Source of the DNA: a virus
Lineage: Duplodnaviria > Caudoviricetes
Reading direction: 5' to 3' (one strand)
IMG/VR virus record: IMGVR_UViG_3300017700_000765
Span: 1-27,799 of that record
DNA: 27,799 bases
Positions within the stretch are counted from its first letter, which is position 1. The number at the start of each line of letters is the position of its first letter. The notes below the pieces were generated by a model that worked only from the letters and a program-made list of their open reading frames with translations, was not told where the DNA came from and made no database searches. Below are positions 7,312 through 15,720 of this stretch, one piece after another. A program made the position numbers and the translations under genes.

Positions 7312-7650
7312 ATGAAGACTTTTAACAACCTCTGCGCGCAGGGCGACATCCTGATCCAGCGCATCAAGGAACTGCCCAAGGGCGTCGTGCCTGTCGCGCC
7401 CGAGAACGGCCGTGTGATCGTGACCCACAGCGAGACGGGCCACCATCACGTCATGCTGGCCGAGCGGACGAAGGCCTACAAGCTGCCCGACTCGATCATG
7501 GACATCTTCCTCACCGTCGAGGGGGGCGACACGCTGGAGCACCTGCGGGCGCACGACACCCACGAGAGCATCTGCTTCAAGCCCGGCATCTATCACGTCC
7601 GGCGCCAGCGAGAGTACACGCCGGAAGGCTTTCGGCGTGTGGAGGACTGA
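7312..7650 (+). CDS. His-rich partner of DUF6745-like proteins (QGD..GHHH..H..H..PG.Y.VRRQREY)
   Basis: AQGDILI, HSETGHHH, HDTH, PGIYHVRRQREYTP..RRVED; directly follows the upstream gene (alternative GTG 7306). Confidence 0.8.
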   Translation: MKTFNNLCAQGDILIQRIKELPKGVVPVAPENGRVIVTHSETGHHHVMLAERTKAYKLPDSIMDIFLTVEGGDTLEHLRAHDTHESICFKPGIYHVRRQREYTPEGFRRVED

Positions 7651-7653
7651 GCC

Positions 7654-7959
7654 ATGTGCAACCCCGGCCCCAACTACTACGACAACAATCCCCCCAAGAG
7701 CGAGCGCCAGCAGTTGCTGGCCGCCATCGACCGCCTTGAGCGGCTGAAGGACGAGCCGTGGTGCGCCGACGCCCTGCTCGTCCTCGCCGCCGCCCGGAAG
7801 CACCTGCAGACGCTGCCCAACCCCGCCAAGTTCCGGGTGACGGCGACTCGCGGGGAACGGGCGCGGCGTAGAGATTTCAACACCCGGTATGACGCCGTCG
7901 CGTGGGTCACGACCAACCTCTGGGCCTACAACAGCTTCAGCATCGACGAGGTCGAGTGA
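7654..7959 (+). CDS. Phage hypothetical protein
   Basis: 101 aa, GGAGG RBS. Confidence 0.75.
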   Translation: MCNPGPNYYDNNPPKSERQQLLAAIDRLERLKDEPWCADALLVLAAARKHLQTLPNPAKFRVTATRGERARRRDFNTRYDAVAWVTTNLWAYNSFSIDEVE

Positions 7960-8216
7960 TGCTGACCATTCACGGCTGCACTTTTCAGGTGAGCTGGAAA
8001 GGCTGGGGGCCGTTCACGCGCCACGCCGAGCGCGTGGCGGTGGACATCATGGTCGAGCTGCAGGAGATGAGCCCCGAGGGCGTCCAGCGGCTCGCGCGAT
8101 CTCCGCGCGAGCTGAACCTGACTGGGCGCGTCGCGCGCGCCCGCCTCGCCGTCATCCTCGCGCATCGCAATCGGGTCACGCCCAAGCACGCCGACATCGT
8201 TCTGGAGGCCCTGTGA
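7959..8216 (+). CDS. Phage hypothetical protein
   Basis: TGATG-coupled ATG at 7959. Confidence 0.65.
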   Translation: MLTIHGCTFQVSWKGWGPFTRHAERVAVDIMVELQEMSPEGVQRLARSPRELNLTGRVARARLAVILAHRNRVTPKHADIVLEAL

Positions 8217-8449
8217 CCAGCGTACCCACCCCCGGCGACCCCCGCCGGCTCGCCCGGATCGGGCACCTGCTCTTCGGCGCGCAACACATCGGGTATCTTT
8301 CTCGCATCCTCGGTGTCGACCGCAAGACCGTGTACCGCTGGCGCCGCGGCGTGACGCCCGTCCCCGCCTACGTCTGGGAGCCTCTCAAGGTCGCGCTGAT
8401 GAAGCGCCGCACCGACATCGGGATCGCATTGGAAGGGATTGAGCAATGA
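8213..8449 (+). CDS. Small HTH protein
   Basis: GTGA-coupled start with GGAGG RBS; LSRILGVDRKTVYRWRRGVTPVP. Confidence 0.75.
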   Translation: MTSVPTPGDPRRLARIGHLLFGAQHIGYLSRILGVDRKTVYRWRRGVTPVPAYVWEPLKVALMKRRTDIGIALEGIEQ

Positions 8450-8718
8450 GCGACATTGACGCGAAGGAACTGGAAGAGGCGCTCAACGCCATTGAGCTGA
8501 CGCCGAAGGGGCGCTACGCGGACATACTGCTCAGCGCCGCCCGCGCGCACTTCGCGACGCTGCCGCGATACCTGAACGTCGAGGTGGTGACGTGGTGCCT
8601 CGTTGATCCTACAGGCAAGAACTACACGACCTACCACTCCGAGGGGGAGGCGCGCTGTATGTGCCCCGACGAGTGGCAGGTCGTGAAGCTCACCGGCACG
8701 GCGAGGGTGCGGGTCTGA
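8446..8718 (+). CDS. Phage hypothetical protein
   Basis: 90 aa, ATGA coupling. Confidence 0.75.
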   Translation: MSDIDAKELEEALNAIELTPKGRYADILLSAARAHFATLPRYLNVEVVTWCLVDPTGKNYTTYHSEGEARCMCPDEWQVVKLTGTARVRV

Positions 8719-8833
8719 TGACCCGCAACGACATCAAGGATGTATTGGCGAACCTCGACAGTTGAATTGAATACGGCATCGGAAGTTGTCCACCCGTTTG
8801 CCGATTTTTCATGGACATTAAATGAGGTGACCT

Positions 8834-9097
8834 ATGGCTAAGAAGACCCCCGAATCCCCGGCGAAGTTGACGCAGCGCACGAGCGCGGGGCTGCGCGGCA
8901 GCCTGTTCGACGAATTGGACGGCCTGCGGAAGGGCACCGTGAACGCGACGCGCGCCAATGCAGTCGCCAAGCTGGCGACCACGATCATCGAGACTGTCCG
9001 TCTCGAACTCGACGTGGCCAAGTATGCGGAGCGCAACAAGTTGAGCCCGGACCGGGCTGTTCGCGCGCTCAACACTGCCGTCGCACTCGGAGAGTAG
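8834..9097 (+). CDS. Phage hypothetical helical protein
   Basis: 87 aa, GAGGT RBS. Confidence 0.75.
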   Translation: MAKKTPESPAKLTQRTSAGLRGSLFDELDGLRKGTVNATRANAVAKLATTIIETVRLELDVAKYAERNKLSPDRAVRALNTAVALGE

Positions 9098-9099
9098 CG

Positions 9100-9474
9100 A
9101 TGCCCGCGGTCACTCTGACGGGGGTGTTGCGCCCGTACTGCACTTGGGATTCTCAACCCCATGGTCATAGCGACCGCATTCTATGGCGCAGGGGGCGGCA
9201 GAAGGGCCGCCCCGAGATCGCGCGCATGTGTCTTTGCCGAAAGTGCAAACACCCCGTGTACGACCGCTTCACGTATAACAGGGTGCCGCGTGAAGTGGAT
9301 GGCAGCCCGCAAACCTGCGAGAACTGCGCGTGGGAACTGGAGCGGCGCACGAAGATGCTGCCCGCTCCTGCCCGCCGCAGCGACAGGACATGGCACGAGC
9401 TTGCGTTTCTGTACGCCGTCGCGCGGCTCTACCTGTCCGAATACAAGAAAGCGAAACGGCAGCGCAGGCTGTAA
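9100..9474 (+). CDS. Hypothetical protein with two CxxC pairs
   Basis: CRKC...CENC; GGAG RBS. Confidence 0.55.
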   Translation: MPAVTLTGVLRPYCTWDSQPHGHSDRILWRRGRQKGRPEIARMCLCRKCKHPVYDRFTYNRVPREVDGSPQTCENCAWELERRTKMLPAPARRSDRTWHELAFLYAVARLYLSEYKKAKRQRRL

Positions 9475-9523
9475 AAACCGCGCCGCCGCTCGCGAATATG
9501 GTTTCAGGATAGGAGGATAGGAC

Positions 9524-9985
9524 ATGAGTGACTTTGACTTTGCTGCGGACGCGGCCGCAAAACGCGCTAATTTTCTGGCGTTTTTTGGCGGTTGGGACCG
9601 CATGACCGACGTGCATAAAGGCCTCGACGTTCGTAAGACGTCGGCCAATGAGAACTATGTTTTGGGCCGCGTCGTCGCCCGCGGGCGGAGACAGGTCCAC
9701 GGCATTGACTATGCCGCGCAGGCGCAGTTCGAGGCCATCAACCTCTTCGATCACCCTCGCTCGGTTACGTCGCACCTTCTGCTCATGCAACCGTATGCGT
9801 CGGCTGTAACGGCGCCTGCCGAAGTCATCGCCGCATGCCTCGCACGAGTAGGCTCGGCGGCGCGGTTCATTGCGTTCCCGCCGTATAACACCGAGCACTG
9901 CATCGGCTTTCTCGTGTACCGCGCTGACAGTCGCATGACGGATGACTGGCTGAGATCCCACCCCGATTTCAAAGCCCCCGACTAA
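9524..9985 (+). CDS. Phage hypothetical protein
   Basis: 153 aa, AGGAGG RBS. Confidence 0.7.
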   Translation: MSDFDFAADAAAKRANFLAFFGGWDRMTDVHKGLDVRKTSANENYVLGRVVARGRRQVHGIDYAAQAQFEAINLFDHPRSVTSHLLLMQPYASAVTAPAEVIAACLARVGSAARFIAFPPYNTEHCIGFLVYRADSRMTDDWLRSHPDFKAPD

Positions 9986-9994
9986 GGCCCTCCC

Positions 9995-10252
9995 GTGAAG
10001 GACGCAATCACCTTCCTCCTCATCGCTGCGAGCTTCGTGTTGCTCACCTACGGCATCGCGAAGGCCGACTGGCAGGTGCAGGAGTGGAACGGCACGGCGT
10101 GGGCGCCGGCCGTCACGCCCAAGGGCAACATCGCCTCCATCAACGCCGAGAAGACGGCCTGCGAGCTTGACCTCGCGAGCCTCTCCACGGTCAAGTCGTC
10201 GGGGACACGGCTCCGCTGCCATCAAACACCGCGTCCTGCACCTCGGCCTTGA
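9995..10252 (+). CDS. Small exported/membrane-anchored protein
   Basis: Signal-peptide-like N-terminus ending in IAKA; two Cys in the mature part. Confidence 0.65.
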   Translation: MKDAITFLLIAASFVLLTYGIAKADWQVQEWNGTAWAPAVTPKGNIASINAEKTACELDLASLSTVKSSGTRLRCHQTPRPAPRP

Positions 10253-11531
10253 ACGTCAGGCGCGGGTAGACTGTATCCTCCTCGACGGTGTTGACGGCGA
10301 CGGTCGCGTAGCTGATCGTCTCCGGGGCGAGCTGCCCCTCACGCGCGAGGCGCATGACGGTCTGGTCCGCGTGGTCAAGGGACCACGGCAGCGAACACCA
10401 GCAGATGATGTGACCCCCGAACTGCAGGTTGAGCCCATGACTGAACGCGGCCGGGTGCGCGATCAGGACGCGCAGCCTGCCCGCGTTCCAGTCCTCTACG
10501 GCCTTCGCTGCGACCTTGCGCGTCGTGCCGCTGCCCAGCACCGGCGCATCAGGATAGCGCAGCCGCAGCTCGTCGAGCTGCTCGCGGTAGTCGTAGACCA
10601 GCAGCACGGGCGACGTCTGCACGTCCACGACATCGCAGATGGCGTCGACGCGGAACATGTCGAGGCGCTTGCCGGCGCCCGTCTCGTCGTAGACGAAGCC
10701 GGCGCAGACCTGCCGCATCTTGTTGACAACCTGCGCGCGGCCTCCGGGCATCATGACCTCGCCCTCGATGTCGGCGACACTCGTCTTGTCAAGTTCCTCG
10801 TAGACACGCCTGATGTCGGGGGGCAGGTCGACGGGAACCTTGACGTGGCGCACGGGAGGCGGCGCCCAGTTCTCGGGCGACAGAATGAACGTCATGTCGG
10901 AGATCTTCGCGAGCGTCTTCTCCAGCGTACCCTTGCGGCACTTCCACACGTTCTCCGTCTGCTCCCACATGTTCGCCGCGCGCCACTTGACCCAGTCGCG
11001 GCCGAGCCTGCGGCCGTGGTCGATGATGCGCGTCTGCGCGAACAGGTCTTCGGGCCCGTTCGGCACGGGCGATCCCGTGAGGCCGATGCGGACTTTCATG
11101 TGATCCGTATGCTTCAGCGTCGGGCGCCACTTTGCGCTGGTGGGCCCCTTGAACTTCGACAGCTCGTCGACCACGAAACAGTCGAAGGCCTCGCTGTGCT
11201 TCTCAAGGAAGTCCACGAGGTTCTCATGGTTCACGACGATGATGTCGCCTTCGGCCTCGTCGCGCTCCGCAGGCGTGCCCGTCGCAATGGCGATCCGCAG
11301 GTGCCGCAGGTGCTCCCACTTCGCGCCCTCCTGCTGCCACACCAGTTCAGCGACGCGCAGAGGCGCCGTCACCAGCACGCGACGCACGGTGCCGTCGGCG
11401 AGCATCTCGCTCAACGCCGTCAGCGTGACCAAAGTCTTTCCGGCACCCGGACGAGCAAAAATCATGCTCTCGTTGCGTTCGTAGATGTGTGTGATTGCCT
11501 GCTGCTGTACAGGCCTGATTGCTACGGACAT
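10191..11531 (-). CDS. SNF2-family (SF2) phage helicase
   Basis: RPVQ Q-motif, PGAGKT Walker A, VVDELS, GLTGSP, HPAAFSHGLNLQ, QTVMRLAREGQ. Confidence 0.93.
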   Translation of the reverse strand: MSVAIRPVQQQAITHIYERNESMIFARPGAGKTLVTLTALSEMLADGTVRRVLVTAPLRVAELVWQQEGAKWEHLRHLRIAIATGTPAERDEAEGDIIVVNHENLVDFLEKHSEAFDCFVVDELSKFKGPTSAKWRPTLKHTDHMKVRIGLTGSPVPNGPEDLFAQTRIIDHGRRLGRDWVKWRAANMWEQTENVWKCRKGTLEKTLAKISDMTFILSPENWAPPPVRHVKVPVDLPPDIRRVYEELDKTSVADIEGEVMMPGGRAQVVNKMRQVCAGFVYDETGAGKRLDMFRVDAICDVVDVQTSPVLLVYDYREQLDELRLRYPDAPVLGSGTTRKVAAKAVEDWNAGRLRVLIAHPAAFSHGLNLQFGGHIICWCSLPWSLDHADQTVMRLAREGQLAPETISYATVAVNTVEEDTVYPRLTFKAEVQDAVFDGSGAVSPTT

Positions 11532-11785
11532 ATGCTTTTAAAATCCGATACGTTATCGATGACGTGCACTTCAAAGCCTAATGCACGCAGCCTCGAATGC
11601 CAAGCAGCTTGCAGCGGCGTCGGCTTCTTGCCGGGCGCCTTGAATTCGATGAACACGACACGGCCGCCGGCGGACAGCATGAGACGGTCTGGGACACCCG
11701 GCCACCCCGCTACTTCAAGTTTCCAGAACACACGCCCCCGGGCTTTCGCGAACGTCCGGCACTTCGCTTCGATGTCTTTTTCCAC
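11522..11785 (-). CDS. VRR-NUC domain nuclease
   Basis: EKDIE...GVPDRL...FIEFKAPGKKPTPLQ...L..LGFEV.VID. Confidence 0.93.
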   Translation of the reverse strand: MEKDIEAKCRTFAKARGRVFWKLEVAGWPGVPDRLMLSAGGRVVFIEFKAPGKKPTPLQAAWHSRLRALGFEVHVIDNVSDFKSICP

Positions 11786-11856
11786 GCTTCAAGTTATCAC
11801 GCTTGACGACAGCGTGTCACGAGGCGTAGCTTCCCGCCATCAAACAGGAGACACGA
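11786..11856. promoter_or_regulatory. Divergent promoter region with GACA-N3-TGTCA site
   Basis: TTGACG (11803-11808), TAGCTT (11827-11832), GACA-gcg-TGTCA (11808-11819), AGGAG RBS. Confidence 0.55.
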
Positions 11857-12981
11857 TTGCAACACGCACCCTTCGGATCGTCGACTGCCGAGCGCGTCAT
11901 CAACTGCCCCGGCTCCGTCGCCCTCTCAGCCAAGTCACCCGAGCAGCCCGCGAGCGAGTACGCCGCGAAGGGCAGCGCGCAGCACACCCTCATCGAGCAC
12001 CTGCTGCTTGAAGGCGGCGAGCCCAAGGACTTCATCGGCGCGATGTTCGCCGGCATCGAGATCGACGAGGAGTTGTCCGACGGCGTCAAGATCGCGCTCG
12101 ACGCGGCCGAGAAGCTCCTCGAAGACTTCGCGGGCGACCAGCTCGTCGAGCAGCGGCTCGTCATCGTCGAGAACGAAATCTTCGGCACCGGCGACGTCAT
12201 CGGCATTTCAGAGGACGGCACGCGGGCCCTGATCGCCGACCACAAGTTCGGCTACGTGGAAGTCTCCCCCGACAGTTTGCAGCTGAAGTTCCTCGCCGCG
12301 GCGCTGCTCGCGGACCCGTCGATGGCCGCCGTCGCCAAAGACATCGAAGAGTTTGAGCTGGCGATCATCCAGCCCGCCTTCGACCCGTGCGTCACGAAGG
12401 CGACGGTGACGCGCGCCGAAGTCGAGGTCTTCCTGCGGACCATCAAGCTGGCGCACTCGGCGAGCAAGGCGCCCTCCGCGGACGTCCGCATCGGCAAGTG
12501 GTGCAAGTGGTGCCGCGCCAAGGCGATCTGCCCCGCGCAGCGCCAGATGTTCGCGGACCTGATCGACGCGAAGATCCACCCCGGCTGGTCGCCCGCAGAG
12601 CTGGGCGACATGCTGGTCAAGGCGAAGCAGGTCGAAGACCTGATCGAGAGCATCAAGGAGCGCGTCAAGCACGAGCTGGCGAACGGCCGCAGCGTGCCCG
12701 GATGGCGCCTCAAGGCGGGCTCGACGCGCATGGCGTGGGCCCAGAGCCTCAAGGACACGATTGCCGCCCTGCGGGGCCTCGGCCTCAAGGGCGACAAGGC
12801 CATTCAACCCATCACCCCGGCAGCCGCCAAGAAGGCGCTGAAGCTGGATGAACTTCCCGACGACCTCGTCGTGAAGACCACGAGCGCGCCTTCGCTCGCT
12901 CGTGACACCGACGCCGCAGACGCTGTCCTGCCGGTGGCGGCCTTTGCAAAGGCAGCAGCACTGTTAGAAGGAACTAGGTAA
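11857..12981 (+). CDS. Cas4-like PD-(D/E)XK exonuclease (DUF2800 family)
   Basis: HAPFGSS..R...CPGS, GSAQH, FGTGD..ADHKFG, QL, IIQP, WCKWCRAKAICP (1+3 Cys); TTG start with AGGAG. Confidence 0.9.
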   Translation: MQHAPFGSSTAERVINCPGSVALSAKSPEQPASEYAAKGSAQHTLIEHLLLEGGEPKDFIGAMFAGIEIDEELSDGVKIALDAAEKLLEDFAGDQLVEQRLVIVENEIFGTGDVIGISEDGTRALIADHKFGYVEVSPDSLQLKFLAAALLADPSMAAVAKDIEEFELAIIQPAFDPCVTKATVTRAEVEVFLRTIKLAHSASKAPSADVRIGKWCKWCRAKAICPAQRQMFADLIDAKIHPGWSPAELGDMLVKAKQVEDLIESIKERVKHELANGRSVPGWRLKAGSTRMAWAQSLKDTIAALRGLGLKGDKAIQPITPAAAKKALKLDELPDDLVVKTTSAPSLARDTDAADAVLPVAAFAKAAALLEGTR

Positions 12982-12982
12982 A

Positions 12983-13669
12983 ATGGGCAATCAACTGAAC
13001 CTCTTCTCGAACGGGGGCCTCCCCCCGGCTGACCGCAACGCCTACAAGCAGTCGATCAAGGCGATGTCGGCCGCGGCGAAGTCGACGATGGGCGGCATGC
13101 CGTTCCTGCGCATGGGCAAGGACGGCGAGTGGGTCTACGGCGCCGACAACACCGAGGTCGAGGAGAACAGCCTCTGGGCCGTGAACCCGTTCTCGATGTC
13201 GCTCGGCTTCATCGCGTGGGGCACCGGGGCGCAGGAGGGCACCGTCCTCGGCGAGCAGCTGGCTCGCGTCGGCGAGGTGCCGGTGCAGCGGGGCAACCTG
13301 CAGGACGTCGGGGCCGAGTGGACGCCGTGCTGCGCGTTCGAGCTGGTCTGCCTCACCGGCGAGGATAAGGGGACGCACGTCCTCTACAAGACCAACTCGG
13401 TCGGCGGCCGCCGCGCGTTCGCCGACATGATGCAGCTGGTCGCGGCAGCGATGGAGGACGAGGCCGAGGGCAAGTGCGTCCCCATCGTCAACCTCGACTG
13501 CGACAGCTACCCGCACAAGAAGTACGGCAAGATCTACACGCCGATCTTCGACATCAAGAAGTGGGTCATGACCGACGCGCAGGAACTTGGGGGCGCGCCG
13601 GCCAAAGAAGAGGTGGAGGCACCGGCGAAGCCTGCCGAGGAGGGCACGGTTCGTCGCCGCCGTCGCTGA
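12983..13669 (+). CDS. Putative single-stranded DNA-binding protein
   Basis: Position between the Cas4-like nuclease and PolA; aromatic-rich core (Y.HKKYGKIYTP.F); own terminator; function inferred from synteny. Confidence 0.6.
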   Translation: MGNQLNLFSNGGLPPADRNAYKQSIKAMSAAAKSTMGGMPFLRMGKDGEWVYGADNTEVEENSLWAVNPFSMSLGFIAWGTGAQEGTVLGEQLARVGEVPVQRGNLQDVGAEWTPCCAFELVCLTGEDKGTHVLYKTNSVGGRRAFADMMQLVAAAMEDEAEGKCVPIVNLDCDSYPHKKYGKIYTPIFDIKKWVMTDAQELGGAPAKEEVEAPAKPAEEGTVRRRRR

Positions 13670-13678
13670 AGCCTGACT

Positions 13679-13711
13679 GGGGGCGGCCTATGGCCGCCCC
13701 CTTTTTATTTT
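13679..13711 (+). terminator. Rho-independent terminator
   Basis: GGGGGCGGCC-tat-GGCCGCCCCC followed by TTTTTATTTT. Confidence 0.9.
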
Positions 13712-13723
13712 ATGGAGAATAGC

Positions 13724-15712
13724 ATGGGATTGATCGCTTCAATCGACTATGAGACGCAAAGCGCGCTCGACCTGACCAAGATCGGCGCCTACCGCTACGC
13801 GCAGAGCGCCAAGATCATGTGCGCCGGCTACGCGATCTACGAAGAGAACACGTTCGAGCCCGGGATGGTGAAGGTGTGGCGCGCTTGGAAGGGCGAGCCG
13901 ATGCCCGACGACTTGCTCGCGGCGCTGTCCGACGAGAACGTCAGGAAGTTCGCGTGGAACGCCCAGTTCGAGCGCCTGATCACGCTGCACGCCGCGGGCC
14001 TTGCGGTGCCGCAGGAGCAGTGGTTCTGCACCGCCGCCCGCGCCCGCGCCTCGGCATATCCGGGCAAGCTGGACCTGTGCGCGAAGGCGCTGGCGATCCC
14101 GCAGAAGAAGGACTTGGCGGGCGGCAGGCTGATGAAGAAGCTCTCGACGGAGGGCACCGGGACCGAGGAGGAGTATGAGCGCGTCCTCGAATACTGCATG
14201 CAGGATGTTGTCGTCGAGGCGACCATCGGCATGGTCGTCCGCGACCTGACACGCGAGGAGTGGAAGGACTACCACGTCTGCGAGCGCATGAACGACCGCG
14301 GCATTCCCATCGACGCCGATCTGGCGCGCGCGGCTCAGAGCTATGCCGAGGTCGAGGCGGCAGAAATTGCCAAGGAATTAAATGCCGCGACGGGCGGCGC
14401 GATCACCAGCGCGAAGCAGTTCGCCCGCATCAAGCAGTGGGTCGCCGTGAAGGCGCCCGAGATTGCCGAGCAGTTTACCGACGAGGAGACGGGCAAGTTC
14501 TCGCTCGACAGGTCGGCGCGCACCGCCATCTTCGAGAGCGACCTGAACCTCAGCGAGGAAGTCCGCGAGGTGCTGGAGCTGATCGACGACGCCGGGCGCG
14601 CGAGCACGGCCAAGTACGCCGCCATCGAGAACCGCACCGACACCGACGGCCGGTTGCGCGGCGCGTACCTGTTCAACGGTGCGGGGCAGACTGGCAGATA
14701 CTCCGCCATGGGATTTCAGCCGCACAATTTGGTGCGCGACAAGCTCGACAACAGCGGCGACGTGATCGAGGCCGTCCTCGACGGAGCCTCGGCGGACGAG
14801 GTCACCAAGCTCTCCGGGCAGAACATGCTGACGACGCTGGCGCGCATGCTGCGCCCGACCATCGTCGCGGAGAACGGCAACGTGCTGGTCTGGGCCGACT
14901 ATTCTGCCGTCGAGGCGCGCGCCCTGCCGTGGCTCTCGGGGACACAGGACGCGGAGCCCCTGCTCGATCTCTTCCGCAAGAACGAGGACGTCTACAAGCA
15001 CGCGGCAGCAGGCATCTACAACCTGAAAGCGAGCGAGATAGACAAGGCACAACGCCAGATAGGCAAGGTCGCGACGCTCAGTATGGGGTTCGGCGGCGGA
15101 GCAAACGCCTTCCGTAAGATGGCCCGAAACTACGGCTTGAAGATCACCGACGACACCGCTGAGAAGATCAAGGTCGCGTGGCGTCTGGCGAACCCGTGGG
15201 CGAAGACCTTCTGGGCTGCTCTGGAGGGTGCCGCCGTTCGCGCCGTGCGCTACCCCGGCACCGTTGAGGACGCGGGGCGCATCAAGTACCTGATGCACGG
15301 CGACATGCTCTACGCGCTGCTGCCCTGCGGGCGCTTGATCGCGTACCCGGAAGTTGAGCTGGTAGAGGTTGAGGGCAAGTACGGCCCGCAGCCTCGCTTA
15401 ACGGCGCTGAAGGCCTCGATGCACCCGAAGAAGGGCGAGACGGCGTGGCCCCGAGTACAACTCTGGGGAGGATTTTTGGCCGAGAATGCAACTCAAGCGT
15501 TCTGCGCCTCGCTGCTGCGCACCGCCGTGCGCCACCTCGACGACGCCGGGTGGCCCGTCGTCATGCACACGCACGACGAGGTTCTCGTCGAAGTCGGGGA
15601 GGATGAAATCGAGGAGGCCAAGGCAGCGTTGCAGGAGGCGATGCTGACGAACCCGTGGCCGGACTTACCCCTTGCCGCCGAACCGGAGTACGGATACAGC
15701 TACGACAAGTAG
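13724..15712 (+). CDS. polA: Phage DNA polymerase, family A, with 3'-5' exonuclease
   Basis: ExoI IDYET, ExoII WNAQFE, ExoIII YCMQD, TGRYS, motif A DYSAVEAR, motif B RQIGKVATLSMGFGGG, motif C HTHDE; GGAG RBS favours ATG 13724 over 13712. Confidence 0.95.
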   Translation: MGLIASIDYETQSALDLTKIGAYRYAQSAKIMCAGYAIYEENTFEPGMVKVWRAWKGEPMPDDLLAALSDENVRKFAWNAQFERLITLHAAGLAVPQEQWFCTAARARASAYPGKLDLCAKALAIPQKKDLAGGRLMKKLSTEGTGTEEEYERVLEYCMQDVVVEATIGMVVRDLTREEWKDYHVCERMNDRGIPIDADLARAAQSYAEVEAAEIAKELNAATGGAITSAKQFARIKQWVAVKAPEIAEQFTDEETGKFSLDRSARTAIFESDLNLSEEVREVLELIDDAGRASTAKYAAIENRTDTDGRLRGAYLFNGAGQTGRYSAMGFQPHNLVRDKLDNSGDVIEAVLDGASADEVTKLSGQNMLTTLARMLRPTIVAENGNVLVWADYSAVEARALPWLSGTQDAEPLLDLFRKNEDVYKHAAAGIYNLKASEIDKAQRQIGKVATLSMGFGGGANAFRKMARNYGLKITDDTAEKIKVAWRLANPWAKTFWAALEGAAVRAVRYPGTVEDAGRIKYLMHGDMLYALLPCGRLIAYPEVELVEVEGKYGPQPRLTALKASMHPKKGETAWPRVQLWGGFLAENATQAFCASLLRTAVRHLDDAGWPVVMHTHDEVLVEVGEDEIEEAKAALQEAMLTNPWPDLPLAAEPEYGYSYDK

Positions 15713-15720
15713 AGGTTGAT

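Noticed and set aside
8718-8765. Coupled 15-codon ORF MTRNDIKDVLANLDS
   Set aside because: Too short to support; at most a truncated gene remnant at a module junction
10167-12011. 614-aa plus-strand ORF (and similar long ORFs such as 22517-23944, 24889-26091, 18475-19578)
   Set aside because: Antisense shadows of well-supported genes, expected with high GC3; no recognisable motifs
11857-12981. Cas4 as part of a CRISPR-Cas system
   Set aside because: No cas1/cas2 or array; the context is the standard phage nuclease-SSB-PolA module
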